From Phoronis australis (Eukaryota; Animalia; Phoronida): DNA of 64,000 bases. This document shows positions 12,901 to 23,806 of this stretch, piece after piece. Made by a program: the position numbers and the translations under genes. The number at the start of each line of letters is the position of its first letter. Within the stretch, counting starts at the first letter, position 1. The DNA is taken from positions 77,609 through 141,608 of the forward strand of contig NMRA01000639.1 of assembly GCA_002633005.1 (NCBI GenBank), given 5' to 3'. The notes beneath the pieces are model-generated. The model saw only the letters and a list, made by a program, of their open reading frames with translations. It was not told where the DNA came from and did not search any database.

Positions 12901-15900
12901 CCACGCCAACATATTTCACAGCATTAGCTGAGGTGCTCCGTACTGTAGATAAAAGGTTTGTACGGCACTCAACTTTCAGACAATGTCACGGAAACACATC
13001 CTAAGCTCACAGCTAGTGCAACTTCTAATGTTATGGTAGGACTCAGGTGTGAGCTAATAGTGAATCTTTTCTTGAGTTTGTATTTGTGGGAAGAAGTAAC
13101 ACTACAATAACTACTTACCTAGTACCTACCTAACCTCTCCAAGCCCAGGGTGGGTATGAGGGTATGTCAAAACTTGCACCAGTCTGCTCTATGTCTCCTA
13201 ATGATCATGCTAGTGGAGGTCACATTCTGAATCGCAGCTTTCACATTCAGCCGTTTTTCTCTAAGGCCCTTTTACTCGAAATCGAATTCGATTTTTTTGT
13301 CATTTTCTGTTCTACTTTTGTGTGAACAAAAGATAAGTCCTCTGTTTAGACTCGGTGTGAAAAGATGGCTGTAAAGCTCCGATATCTTAGTGAAACAGGC
13401 TTCAAACATTTGCTTGTAATTTGAGGTAATTTATGCCAGTTTGGTATAGTTAGGCATCTTGAAGCGTATTCATGCTGAGCGACACGTAGAATGTGGTTTG
13501 CAGGGTGCTTGCCAACTATATGATGACACACGCTGTGTTCAGTGTATTGCCATATCTACCCGAGGCTTTCATGGAGGCAGTGTTAATATTAAAGAAGGCC
13601 ACCATGGGCGTCTCTAGTCTTCCGCCACGCTGGGAGATATGTGTGAAAAGGATTGACGATGTCTTTGGATTCGCTACTGGTGCTCTTTACGTTCAGGAGA
13701 AATTCAGTCAAGAAAGCAAAAATCGGGTAAGAATTATAGTCTGATCATGGTTTTAAAAATTGTAGTGCTTCCTCTGCTTTTAAAGCTACTAAACACAAAG
13801 TACACACACACACACATGCACACACACATGCACACACACATGCACATGCGCGCACACACATGCACATGTGCGCGGACACACACACACACACATGCACACA
13901 CACACAAGCACACCCAGAGGAAAAATCCATTTGGTGTTTGGACTTTTACACATCTGATTGACAGCCTCGTTACTTTTAAATCGTTACCAATTCTGACCAA
14001 AATTATTTACGTCAATCTTTGGTATTAAGATATTGGCAGTTCTTCAAAGGTTTGGAATTCACTTATTAACTTGGTAAGAAACCGTGTGAGATGATTTTAG
14101 ACTTAGATCTGTTGAACGTCTCGGTGCAAAAGTGTCTTGTTTGGAGACCCAGCCTGTAGACTAGAAGTTGTTATTTATTATTTAACTCTCTGCTTGGCAG
14201 CATATCATAAGCTATGATTACAAAATGCTAAACCCAATTTTCAGTATTATTCATGAAGTTAAGTTTGTGAGTATCACAGCCTGGAAAATCTTTTACTACA
14301 AGTTGACACCCGGATGTTTTCAGACACGTTGTTGCATGTAAACAAGTCATGTATTTTACATGTGTTCCACTAATACTTAATACATTTACTTGAATAAGTA
14401 CTGCATCACAGTTTGTGTACTTTTCAAAAAAAATTGTTGCTTTCAATTCAATGTTGATAACTTTGATATTGAAAATTGTCGAGAGTTTGCAAGCGAACAA
14501 CAGTGAGAATTTCTCTTGCGACTCCAAGGCAGTGTTCAAATGTGAACGATGGTGTTTTTGCTACAGTGACGCACTTTTGTGGCAGTCTGCTTCACATTGC
14601 AACAGTGATCATGGCTTACATGAAGTGCTGAATGTTCGTCTTGCCCTCGTACTCGTGTGACCAGAAAAACGAGTCTTTATTTTATTCTCCATTTTTGCTG
14701 TTGTTTATCCTGCATTTTACTTGAAAGACAAACATGTTCCCGTCCTGTGAGGTATGTATGTGACTTTCTCAAGAAAAGTAAAAATGTATGCTTCTACCTG
14801 TGAAATAATTTTCTTTCAGGCTGCTGAAATTATAGAAAATGTGAGACAAGCTTTCATTCAGGATCTGCCTGGCGTCAAGTGGATGGATGACAAAACACGC
14901 AAAGTGGCAGCTGAGAAAGCAAGGGCCGTCATGAAGATGATAGGATACCCTGATTGGATACTTGATCCAGCTGCACTGGACAAGTATTATGACAAGGTTG
15001 TTGTGTTGTTCCTGTAGCTTAATGACTGATATGGGTGCTTGTTTATACACCAACGTATGTGGTCGCATATTGCCGTCATCTTTTCCAAGCCTCTGGCACC
15101 TGCTGCTCATCTCTATAAAACCTGCGAGGATCTTCGTTAAAGTTGGAGATAACAATGGCTTTTGGATGGAGAGGATTATTGTTGTGCCCCTAGTGGCAAT
15201 TTTATTTTACGTTTCGGAGTTCCTTGACAGAATTTCATGAAATTAAGTTCCTAGTAATGGGATGACAATGCCTTCTCATTTTTGAATGCTACCCGTTTCA
15301 TGAATGGATAGTTTCCGACTAATGTCATTGATGACAGGTACATTTATGTAGCGCGCGCTTCCTGGCCACGTGCTTTTAACACTAGCTATAAAGCTTTTTT
15401 ATTAGTCTTTGATTCGCGGTTTTCACGTGTACAAAGAAATTTGGATTCCAATTGAAAGCGGGAAATATCTACAATACAATCCTGTTGACAAGTACACTCC
15501 TTCTGTTCTGAAAGGCCAGACCATAGTGGGACACTCGCAAGATCAGCAAAACTTTTGTGTTCGTTTTGGGGCACGGTGAAATACCAACATAGTGGCGAGG
15601 CTCGTGGTCTACAAATTCTGCGCACAATGATTTTTTTCAGGATTGATATTATTGATAAATTGAAGATGTTACTGTAGAATTTTAGGACTGTAGGTAAGGC
15701 ATTTTTCGCACGTACACTTTCATGGGCTTGGCGCTTTTTTTAGCAAAGTCTGAAAACGCGTGGGGGGCGCTTATAGGAGCATGGGCAGTTATTAGGGCGA
15801 ATACGTTACCTATTTTAAGTCTGCTTAGAATTTCAGTAATTTTCATGGATGCATGCTTATGTTCTACTGTAGATTTCGCGTATATTTAATGTGTTTTGAT

Positions 15901-18900
15901 GAAGCTAGGTACTGTTACTGCTGCCGTTGCTGTCTTGTCTTTGTCTAACAACCAAAATTACTCCGTTTCCAGATCTCAGTGACAAGTGACCAGCAGTTTG
16001 AGAATGCTATTCAGGCAAAGATTTTCTTCCACAACAAAATGTTAATGAAAAGAGGCAAGGTACCAGACAGGAAAGAGTAAGTTGCTGAAAACGATCGATA
16101 ACTTAAGCAATTCACCGGCGGTAACGTCAATCTCATTTTGGTAATTCTGCTTTCGGCACACAAAATGTTAAAGATTTTCAATAAAAGTATAAAATTAAGA
16201 TAATTTTAATTCCTGGCAGTGTACTTGTGACCAAAGGGTAATTGATGAAATTGAGATTACCGTATTTATGACATACTTTGCAGTTGAAAACTCAAAAATG
16301 ACAATTTTAGCATTTACGTTCCTGGTGTGATATCAAAGATGTCATCATAACTTCAAACCACAAAACTTTCATGCGGTAGTTCCTCCTCCATGTAATTGCA
16401 TATCCTGCTTATTACAAAATTTTAGTTGAACTTCTCTACTTTTTCCTGTTCAAATTGATGTTTTGAGATGACAGTTGTACAGCTACAAGATTGCTGTTGC
16501 ATTCTTAAGTTATTCAAGAAACTTTATGGATTAGAAATTTAGGCATAGTGAATCATTTGAATGCTCGAGGTTTTTATTAAATTTTGTTTCATTCTATGAT
16601 TTGTCATCACAATTGTCACCATCCCTGTCATCATCGTCTTCGTTGTCATCATCATCTAAGCCTGCTTCGTCATCATTGCCATTGTCCTGCTGTTTCTAAT
16701 TTCCTCTAGTTCCGTCATGCCCAGAATTGTACGATGACGTTTTGCTTTCCTCAATTTCCAACTGCTGGTTTATGACCCTTGGCAATTTCCTCATTATGTT
16801 ACGTGACTAGCAGAATTAATTAACTACTTTCTAGTTTTAAGTTGTGAAAGTCACATTTCTTGTCCAATTTTCAAAATCCAAAAACCTATTAACCATATGT
16901 ACTTTTCTCAAGGTATTCAAATATGGTGTTTACAAATTTACAAAATCAGTATAGTTCAGTAGGAGCCCTTAGTTAACACAAACTTCCTTGAAAACACGAC
17001 TAAACTTTTTGCTTGAAAGCTTGATTAGCGAATCGGTATCAAGCTTTCAAACAAAAAGTTTAGTCGTGTTTTCAACAAAATTTTCAAAGTGAAGATTTAA
17101 AAATTTCAAAATTGTTGCCCAAGCGTGTTTATGTTAGGCAATTTGATAACTGAATACCCAAGTTAATATCCGAAGAATGATGACATCACCTGATGGTTTA
17201 TTTGAAGATAGCAGCCGTTGTTAAGGTTAGGGAACTGGTCGAGTTGCTCAAACTCGATCAGTGAGGTCTTTTGATGTACAAATAACTATTTTTATGATCG
17301 TGATCACCAGGCGTCCCATTTAAACATTTCACCAGCATGTTCTTTGTCTCACCAGGTGGCACATGATGCCGTCCACAGTGAACGCGTACTACAACGCAGA
17401 ATATAACGAGATCGTCTTCCCAGCGGGCATCCTGCAGAAGCCGTTCTACAGCCCAGACTTCCCCACGTAATGATTTTACTAAGCATTCAATTAATACATT
17501 ATGAATTTAAGTTTTACTGCTTGTAATATGTGAAAAGAGGATAAACTGACTCGTCATTATTGGGTATTGTCAATCCTGCTATGTCGATTATTGTCGCACC
17601 AATATGACTGTATTGTTGATTCTAGGGCCCACATATATGGCGCTATGGGGTCCATCGCTGGCCATGAGCTGACCCATGGGTTTGATAATCGAGGTTAGAT
17701 TGATGGGCACCGTCACCTTCCTAACCGTGCACCATACAATAACACGATGTGGAATGCTTCACGCTTGATCCGTACAACTAAATACTAGCTAACTAATTTC
17801 ATTATAACTAATCAAACTGTGGTCTTGCTCCAGCAAGTGAATTTGGTAGACAGTGATTTTTGGACTTTGTGTGAAACAGGAAAATACATGTCTGAAGTTT
17901 TTCCATCACCAGGTCTAATCTCCGAACTCAAACTCGAAAATATTTTCAACATTTTCGGTTCTGCAATATTTCAGTATGAACTCAAGGTAATTGTTATTCT
18001 TTGCTTAAGTATGTCGTGATTTACAGATGTGAGTTTCCAGTCTGAAGTTTGCACTTCGTGACCCATAGGTTCGAGTTACAAACTTGAGTTGTAACTCAGG
18101 TGTTCAGACTTGTGTCATCAAGTGTGAGTTAGGATTACACATTCGTACACGAACTCTGTCACAGACTTATCAGCAATTAAAAAAGTGGAAAGGAAACCGA
18201 CAAAAATTAACTTCAGGTTAGATTGATTTTGAGTTCAGAAATTATACCTTGTGCCCGAAAATTCAAATTGAAAACATTTTATAGAACAGAGCACATTGAT
18301 TTCCTCGAGATTTTTATGCTCTTGAATTAGTCGATTTTTACTTCCCGTGCTCACCTCTTCTTGCAAACAAAATAGATGTTGTCTCGGATACTGGCATTTA
18401 TGAATGTGAGTGTTGTCAGAATGCTTGCTGTTGACCGTTCATAGAACATGCCGTGCGTTTAGAAAAGTCATTTTTCTGAAGATCTTCCTTATTCACACTA
18501 CATAATATCCTCCTAGTTTGGGGCCAGTTGGCAGACTGTGTTAGTGTAGACTTGCAAAATGGCCGCTATTTAATGGGATGGTCACACAGAGTGTTCCCGT
18601 TGGTAGTACCTACCCGCACAATGCTGGTTATTTGTGTTACTTAAGCCAATATTGCTTGCTGATAATTCGTTGTCACCACCACTCTTACTAAATACACTTT
18701 GTAATAATGCTTCTTTTATATGTTAACCTGCCTTCTTTCACTAAAATAACTGATGGTGTTACCTACCGTTACAAATTTGTTCCTTTCTCTGATTAGAAGG
18801 GATTTCTGGGTTTGGGAAGAGTCGACTGGTTGGGTATTGCTTGAGACTCAAAGCTCAATGAGTTGACTTAACTCTTCTGGTTGTTATATGAGTGAACATA

Positions 18901-21900
18901 GTCTCCAGCACTGTTCAGTTTTTCCCAATCCCAGAAATCATTTGCATTGAGTAAGGAACGATTTGAGACCATTTTTTTGAAGGAAGGCGACATCATTGCA
19001 CCTTTGTTCTCATGACCTTGACCTTGTTATTCTCACTTTCACTGTTTTCTGTCCAATACAATGCAGCAATTTTTAGTAAAGCCTAACAAACAGATGTTCC
19101 AGTCTCCGGCCATCAATTGTACATGGTACCTCAAAAATCATGGAAAATTCTGTTTCCCTGCTGTGAGGGGTCATGACCTCCGTCATGAGTCATCACGTTG
19201 GTGAATTACGCTTGCACTTGGTCATTGTGACGTAATTTGCTTGCGTTCAGTTGTCATGACATTAAAGTTCTAACAATTTCTCTAATAAATTCTGGGGTGT
19301 CCTGTATTTATCTTGCATCCAGCCTCTGTTGGCATTATAGTCTTGTGAATAACTCTGACTTCTGGTTTATTATTAGTCAATTGAGGACAAGGTCAACTTT
19401 TTTTAGATCAGCTGAAAATAAAAAAGTTTGCTTTTACAATCATGATCCCAACTGGCTTAACTTGAGTCATGATTCAGAAGATGAAGGTGGATTGTGGTTT
19501 GCTAAGCCCTGCTGCTCACTATGTGACTCAAACATTGGTTGGGTTTACAGTACAGCTGTGCTTCGAATCAATTTTGGCATTCCATAAAGGTTATAACCGA
19601 AAAGGAATAGTGTGCAATTGACATCATTGAGCAAGAATTGATTAAATATTTGTCCCAAAAGTAGTACAGGCGATGAGAGAAATAACAGACAGCGTGAAAT
19701 GATGAAATACTCATACGAATCATAGCTTAGTATCAATGGTGAAAAATCTGACCAGATTGCCTCATTTTTGAGGAGTTCATGATACTCTATTGCTAATGGA
19801 GACTGAATGTGAAACAAGTTCTGTTCACAAAATGACTTAGCTTCAGGCTGCATTACTGTCAGAAATCAGTCACTGACAAGAAAGCTCAATTTCTGCTTAG
19901 ATGGAATGAGTAGAGTCACGAGGTCAAGAGAATAACAATGCAGTGCTATGAACTTTAACCCTGAGGTTGACCCCAATTTAACCTATTCTGCTTACAGTGC
20001 ACATAACTTTGGAGCTATGGGCTCGGTTTCGGGACACGAGTTCACACATGGCTTTGACACACGCGGTAAACACACTATCAGCTCACAGCCAAGATTTGGC
20101 CTAAGATGAATCAACTCACACACCCAATATTCTCTGTTCACTCATATGCTAGAGTGGAGACAGACCACCAAGCCCCAAAACTGTACTCATTCTATGGGAA
20201 ATTTCACCGGGGGTGTTATGTAGACCCAAGAATCTCACCAAGAAGCCAGATCGCTCGAGACCGTGCATAATAACAAAAGTCGGAAAGACGAGTGTTACGC
20301 TAGTATGTTCACAGCCATACTAGCAAAAGCTAGCAAAATGTCGGCTATTGAAAAGAGTGGTGGGTGAGGTTGAAATTTTAATTAGCACACATTGCTCTTG
20401 TTTCAAAAGTAATGAACTGTTGAACCAAATAGGTTCTTGTGTGGTCTTTTATAGACCAATATCTCTCGGGGCAGATCTTGGCTTGTGTTGTATTTTCGCA
20501 AGATGATCAAGTCTGAAACACAAATGACACAATGTGCGTTATTTTCTAAACTCTTATAATAATCCAGCATGTAGTGTGTTGCAGTCTAATGTTCTAGGTG
20601 GCATGTTTGTGTGTGAGCACCCCAGCACTTTTGTGTGATCCTGTAATGAGAAGTAACATGACTTGTGACGAGTATTGTGTCTAGTGTATTGTTACAACTA
20701 TAATTGTTTTAATCAGTGCAGTAGTAAAAGTTAAAGTTTGTAATTGGCATTTATTAAAAAGTAAGTTACTATAATTGTTTCCTTTTCCCTGTGTGAGAAA
20801 AGCCTGAAAAGGTGTTGAATACTTGGCTAAATGTAACATACTGTTCCTGTGCTAAATGTAATAATTGTAAGTTAAAAAAATTGATTTAAATTTTCCTGTT
20901 ACATTCAGTGTGTGCATAATTTGTAGTGTTTTGCTAATAAGTCATTTAAAACATCTTTAAGGTAGCAAATATGACAAATTTGGCAATATGAGGAATTGGT
21001 GGACAGAAAAATCGGAAAAAGAATTCAAAAAGAAGACATCCTGCATGGAGAAACAATACGACCAGTATACCTTTGGTGGCCACAAGGTTAGGACACTCTC
21101 TGGATTTTGTTAACATTGTCTTCTTTAAAGTCTCCTTTGGAACTGTGGTAGTTTTAAAATGAAAATTGTGAACATCTGCTTGACTAAAAATTTAGAAGGA
21201 TTTCACAGCACTATAGTCTGATATGATTTTTCATGCATGATTTTCAACATAATTATGTTCAAATTGGGTAAGATGATTATCGTACCTTTTGACAAAATTG
21301 AGATATTTGGTTATCTTGGAAAGACACTTTTCAAATATTAATTATTCTTGCCCTGGCGTTTATTTGCTATTCATGAAAAGAATAGATAAATGTAAATGAC
21401 ATGGCAAAAAGAACGCACCTTGTTTCTGCATTAACTACCATTGAGCAAACACAATATGCGACTCGTTATTGCTTGTAGTCAGAGTCATTTATTCGTGCTT
21501 GTTGTATGGACGTAAATGCAGTACCAAGGTAGAGGCCTTGGTGCATGTTCGTACACCCCTGCAGGTCAACACTAAATAACGTGGAAAAAATGTCTCCGAG
21601 ATAACCAAGGAACTGTAATTTGATTCCCCTTTTGAGTTTTTTTAGATTACTCGATAAAGATGATTATCTTTGAACATGTCAGACAACCTCCTTGTCAGTT
21701 TTTATACAGTGTTGCTTGCATACTGAATACTAGGCGTTTGACTTCTGCTATAGGTCAATGGCCTAACCACCCTTGGTGAAAATATTGCTGACAATGGGGG
21801 CTTGAAGTCCGCTTACAAAGCCTTCAGCAGCTGGAACACCAAACATGGAATGCATAAGCAAGTGTCTCTACCAGGACTGAACATGACTGACAGTCAGCTC

Positions 21901-23806
21901 TTCTTTCTTGGATTTGGGCAGGTAAGAAAGAATAGACCCTTGCGCATTGCGACAAACTTTGATGTTGTCCAACTGGGATAAAGGGCGATGTAACTGCATT
22001 TCAAAGTACTGAATTTTGACTGCCATCTTGTGATAAGCTTATTGTCTAGCTGTCAACTTTGTGTACACTTATCTTGAGATTTTCTGAATCTGACCGCATA
22101 ATTTGCCATAAAGTATCACACACTGTCATACATTCTAGGTGAAATTAAGGATCTGAAAAACTTTTCTTCGTTGTTCATTGGGAGGCAGTGTGCCCTAGTG
22201 TGATGGGTGCAAGCTTCTGTACTCGAGATCGTGGGTTCAAGTCCCATTGGGTCACACTGCTAAACCCTTGAGTCAGGTTTCTAGCTTTTCAGCTCGGTTT
22301 TAACTACATATTATTAAAGCATAAAAATGGTTCCCGGTGATCAGTGCATTGGGCCCACTTGCATGACCTGCGCATGTCTGGTACAACATTTATCAGACCC
22401 CCTGCAATATTTTTTTTTCATTTGGACGAAATCCGAAAGAAACTGATTGGAGGTAATCTACAGGGAGCATCCAATTGTTAGAATTTAAAGAAACTAGAAA
22501 ACTGTTGTGCAAATACATCAAACTACTGACTCCAACAATATGTTTCCCTGGTTCCCATGTATTGTATACATTTGTTCAAGAAGACCTCAGAGGAGTCTCT
22601 GAGCTAAAATGTTGATACTTTGTCAAAAGTAGTCATAAAAGTTGTTATGACTCTTACAGTCACCATCGTCCTAAGTGTTAACTACAGAATACAAGGAAAC
22701 TTTAAATCTGTGCAGATTGACAACATCTTGAGGGCCCTCTTGGAAAGCAGTGCTGTCACTGAAGAGGCCACCCTCATTTTAAATATCACAATAATAAATC
22801 CTGTCTGCGAAGACCGAAATCTTGTAGAATTAAGTTGAAGGCTACCTTGGATTTTTGATCTTTTAGATGTAGTATTGGGCTAAACCAGATAGTCCCAGCA
22901 AACCCTTAGCAAAGTAAGAAAGTGCAAGTTTATTCACTCAAATGTTGGCCCGTCAAATGATAGGTGAAGTTGTTTTGTTGTGTCATATTGTGTCACCATG
23001 AGAACCCAGCACAAACAATCCAAGTCAACATGAGGTCAAGATACAGTTTAGAGAACTTGACTGGATTCCTCCGACACTAAAATAACAAGTCTACGTTGTA
23101 ACTTCGATGAGTGTAAATGAACGTCAGTGTAAATGTCTAAGGAACACATTAAGTAATTGAGTGTTATAATATTGTAGATCTGGTGTGCATACTACACCCC
23201 TGACTATGCCCGGACGTCTCTACTCACCGATGAACATGCTCCCCCTCATGTCAGGTAACGTGTCTTGTATCTACACCATACCAATAACGCGTATATCCAG
23301 TTACACTGAGCATGCACGACTACTATGGCTGTTACCATGTTGGTTCTAACATTTGGGGGACCCTAAATCTGGTATTGACTTGGAGGCTCTCCTTCGCCAC
23401 AGACTACATTCATCTCTTGGTGTTTGGGTTCTCATGTCCTTAATATTCCAGTTTAAAGATTGTTAGATCTCCCGAAGGTGTACAAAAAGTTTGGTGACTT
23501 AACTAGTATGAACCTGATGAAGTCCTCGCAACGTAGCCATCTCCACGTACCGTAAGTCCAGTAATAGATTTATTGATTCTTATACTATGAACCAAAATTC
23601 TTTCACTTGCTCTAGTTAAAGGTAAGAATTAGAAAAAGCCCTTGTTCCACTTGTGTCTGGTAACTGTACTATAATCAATTAATAAACTGTGAACTCTTTT
23701 TTACAGAGTTGTAGGTGCTCTCTCAAACAACCCGGATTTCGCTGTAGCATTTGGCTGTAAAACTGGCAGCAAGATGAACCCAGAGAAGAAGTGTCAAGTG
23801 TGGTGA
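3863..23806 (+). CDS. M13 family (neprilysin / endothelin-converting enzyme-like) type II membrane zinc metallopeptidase; multi-exon gene whose 5' exon(s) were not located
   Basis: Hand-spliced GT-AG exons 3863-3993, 5556-5750, 6356-6490, 8431-8607, 10249-10431, 11421-11510, 12831-12955, 13504-13726, 14820-14996, 15973-16076, 17356-17466, [17626-17693 OR 19998-20065], 20962-21086, 21754-21921, 23178-23254, 23707-23806. All phases are compatible and give ~728 aa. Motifs: N-terminal TM anchor, [30 protein letters not shown](L/F)[22 protein letters not shown]-terminal CQVW*. Confidence 0.96.
4422..4511. repeat. Short direct duplication (~41 bp, two copies)
   Basis: ttttattaatctttc(a/g)gaccaggct(g/a)aaaaa..tggcttgt occurs twice. 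Confidence 0.8.
5556..5750 (+). CDS. M13 peptidase exon (N-terminal Cys cluster)
   Basis: ttcag| [39 protein letters not shown]...VLNK |gtaac. Confidence 0.95.
6356..6490 (+). CDS. M13 peptidase exon
   Basis: accag| LINRL...[25 protein letters not shown] |gtatt; matches the M13 KA..YY.SC.N...IE..G..PL pattern. Confidence 0.92.
8431..8607 (+). CDS. M13 peptidase exon
   Basis: tttcag| FIKDLYSW...[20 protein letters not shown] |gtaagt. Confidence 0.92.
8675..8812 (+). repeat. Dispersed repeat; second copy at ~22861-23015
   Basis: Shared ttttagatgt..attgggctaa..g.tagtcc.ag.aaa.ccttag.aaa.taagaaa and tgtgtcacc segments. Confidence 0.7.
8880..9409. mobile_element. Non-autonomous DNA transposon (Kolobok-like MITE)
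   Basis: TTAA|AGCAGCCATAAAC ... GTTTATGGCCGCT|TTAA: short terminal inverted repeats, AG...CT termini, TTAA on both sides. Confidence 0.7.
10249..10431 (+). CDS. M13 peptidase exon
   Basis: ttccag| [14 protein letters not shown]...[10 protein letters not shown] |gtacgc. Confidence 0.9.
11421..11510 (+). CDS. M13 peptidase exon
   Basis: ccttcag| [30 protein letters not shown] |gtaagt. Confidence 0.9.
11980..12640 (+). mobile_element. Decayed 3' end of an L1/Tx1-clade LINE (ORF2 C-terminal zf-RVT/CCHC region)
   Basis: Translation across stops and frameshifts: KWEMEF...[41 protein letters not shown]...LFWECS...FW; AATAAA near 12625. Confidence 0.8.
12831..12955 (+). CDS. M13 peptidase exon
   Basis: tttcag| [11 protein letters not shown]...[19 protein letters not shown](R) |gtttgt. 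Confidence 0.88.
13504..13726 (+). CDS. M13 peptidase exon
   Basis: ttgcag| VLANYMM...PRWEICV...[21 protein letters not shown] |gtaaga. Confidence 0.95.
13796..13915. repeat. Compound (CA)n/(CATG) microsatellite
   Basis: cacacacacacatgcacacacac...; explains the spurious HT/CV-rich ORFs here. Confidence 0.95.
14820..14996 (+). CDS. M13 peptidase exon
   Basis: tttcag| [12 protein letters not shown]...WMDDKTR..AAEKA...IGYPDWI..YYDK |gttgtt. Confidence 0.95.
15973..16076 (+). CDS. M13 peptidase exon
   Basis: ttccag| [34 protein letters not shown](E) |gtaagt. Confidence 0.9.
16988..17075. repeat. Near-perfect 38-bp inverted repeat with a 12-nt loop (intronic hairpin)
   Basis: ttgaaaacacgactaaactttttgcttgaaagcttgat / atcaagctttcaaacaaaaagtttagtcgtgttttcaa, one mismatch. 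Confidence 0.9.
17356..17466 (+). CDS. M13 peptidase exon (NAYY motif)
   Basis: accag| [36 protein letters not shown](T) |gtaatg. Confidence 0.97.
17626..17693 (+). CDS. M13 peptidase catalytic HExxH exon, alternative copy A
   Basis: ttctag| (T)[22 protein letters not shown](G) |gttaga; 68 nt, phase 2 in, phase 1 out. Confidence 0.9.
18730..18988. repeat. Long imperfect inverted repeat (fold-back) between the two alternative HExxH exons
   Basis: Nested complementary blocks: gccttctttca/tgaaggaaggc, caaatttgttcctt/aaggaacgatttg, gatttctgggtttgggaa/ttcccaatcccagaaatc, tgcttgagact/agtctccagca. Confidence 0.8.
19998..20065 (+). CDS. M13 peptidase catalytic HExxH exon, alternative copy B
   Basis: ttacag| (T)[22 protein letters not shown](G) |gtaaac; 68 nt, same phases as copy A. 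Confidence 0.92.
20962..21086 (+). CDS. M13 peptidase exon
   Basis: tttaag| [41 protein letters not shown] |gttagg. Confidence 0.95.
21754..21921 (+). CDS. M13 peptidase exon (third zinc ligand, GENIAD)
   Basis: ctatag| [24 protein letters not shown]...[18 protein letters not shown] |gtaaga. Confidence 0.97.
22183..22290 (+). mobile_element. tRNA-derived SINE head (degenerate)
   Basis: A-box-like tgccctagtgtg and B-box gggttcaagtccc at tRNA-like spacing, followed by a SINE-like body. No proper cloverleaf. Confidence 0.6.
23178..23254 (+). CDS. M13 peptidase exon
   Basis: ttgtag| [25 protein letters not shown](R) |gtaacg. Confidence 0.95.
23707..23806 (+). CDS. M13 peptidase terminal exon
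   Basis: ttacag| [35 protein letters not shown]; canonical M13 C-terminus. Confidence 0.97.

Noticed and set aside
13734-14028. His/Thr- and Cys/Val-rich ORFs
   Set aside because: Products of the (CA)n microsatellite.
19169-19190. GHDLRHE reading, a possible third HExxH exon copy
   Set aside because: No catalytic Glu, no GAMGS or GFD context, no matching 68-nt splice boundaries, and a stop follows shortly; probably chance.
22183-22260. Possible tRNA gene
   Set aside because: A and B boxes are present but there is no convincing acceptor or anticodon stem; treated as a SINE head.
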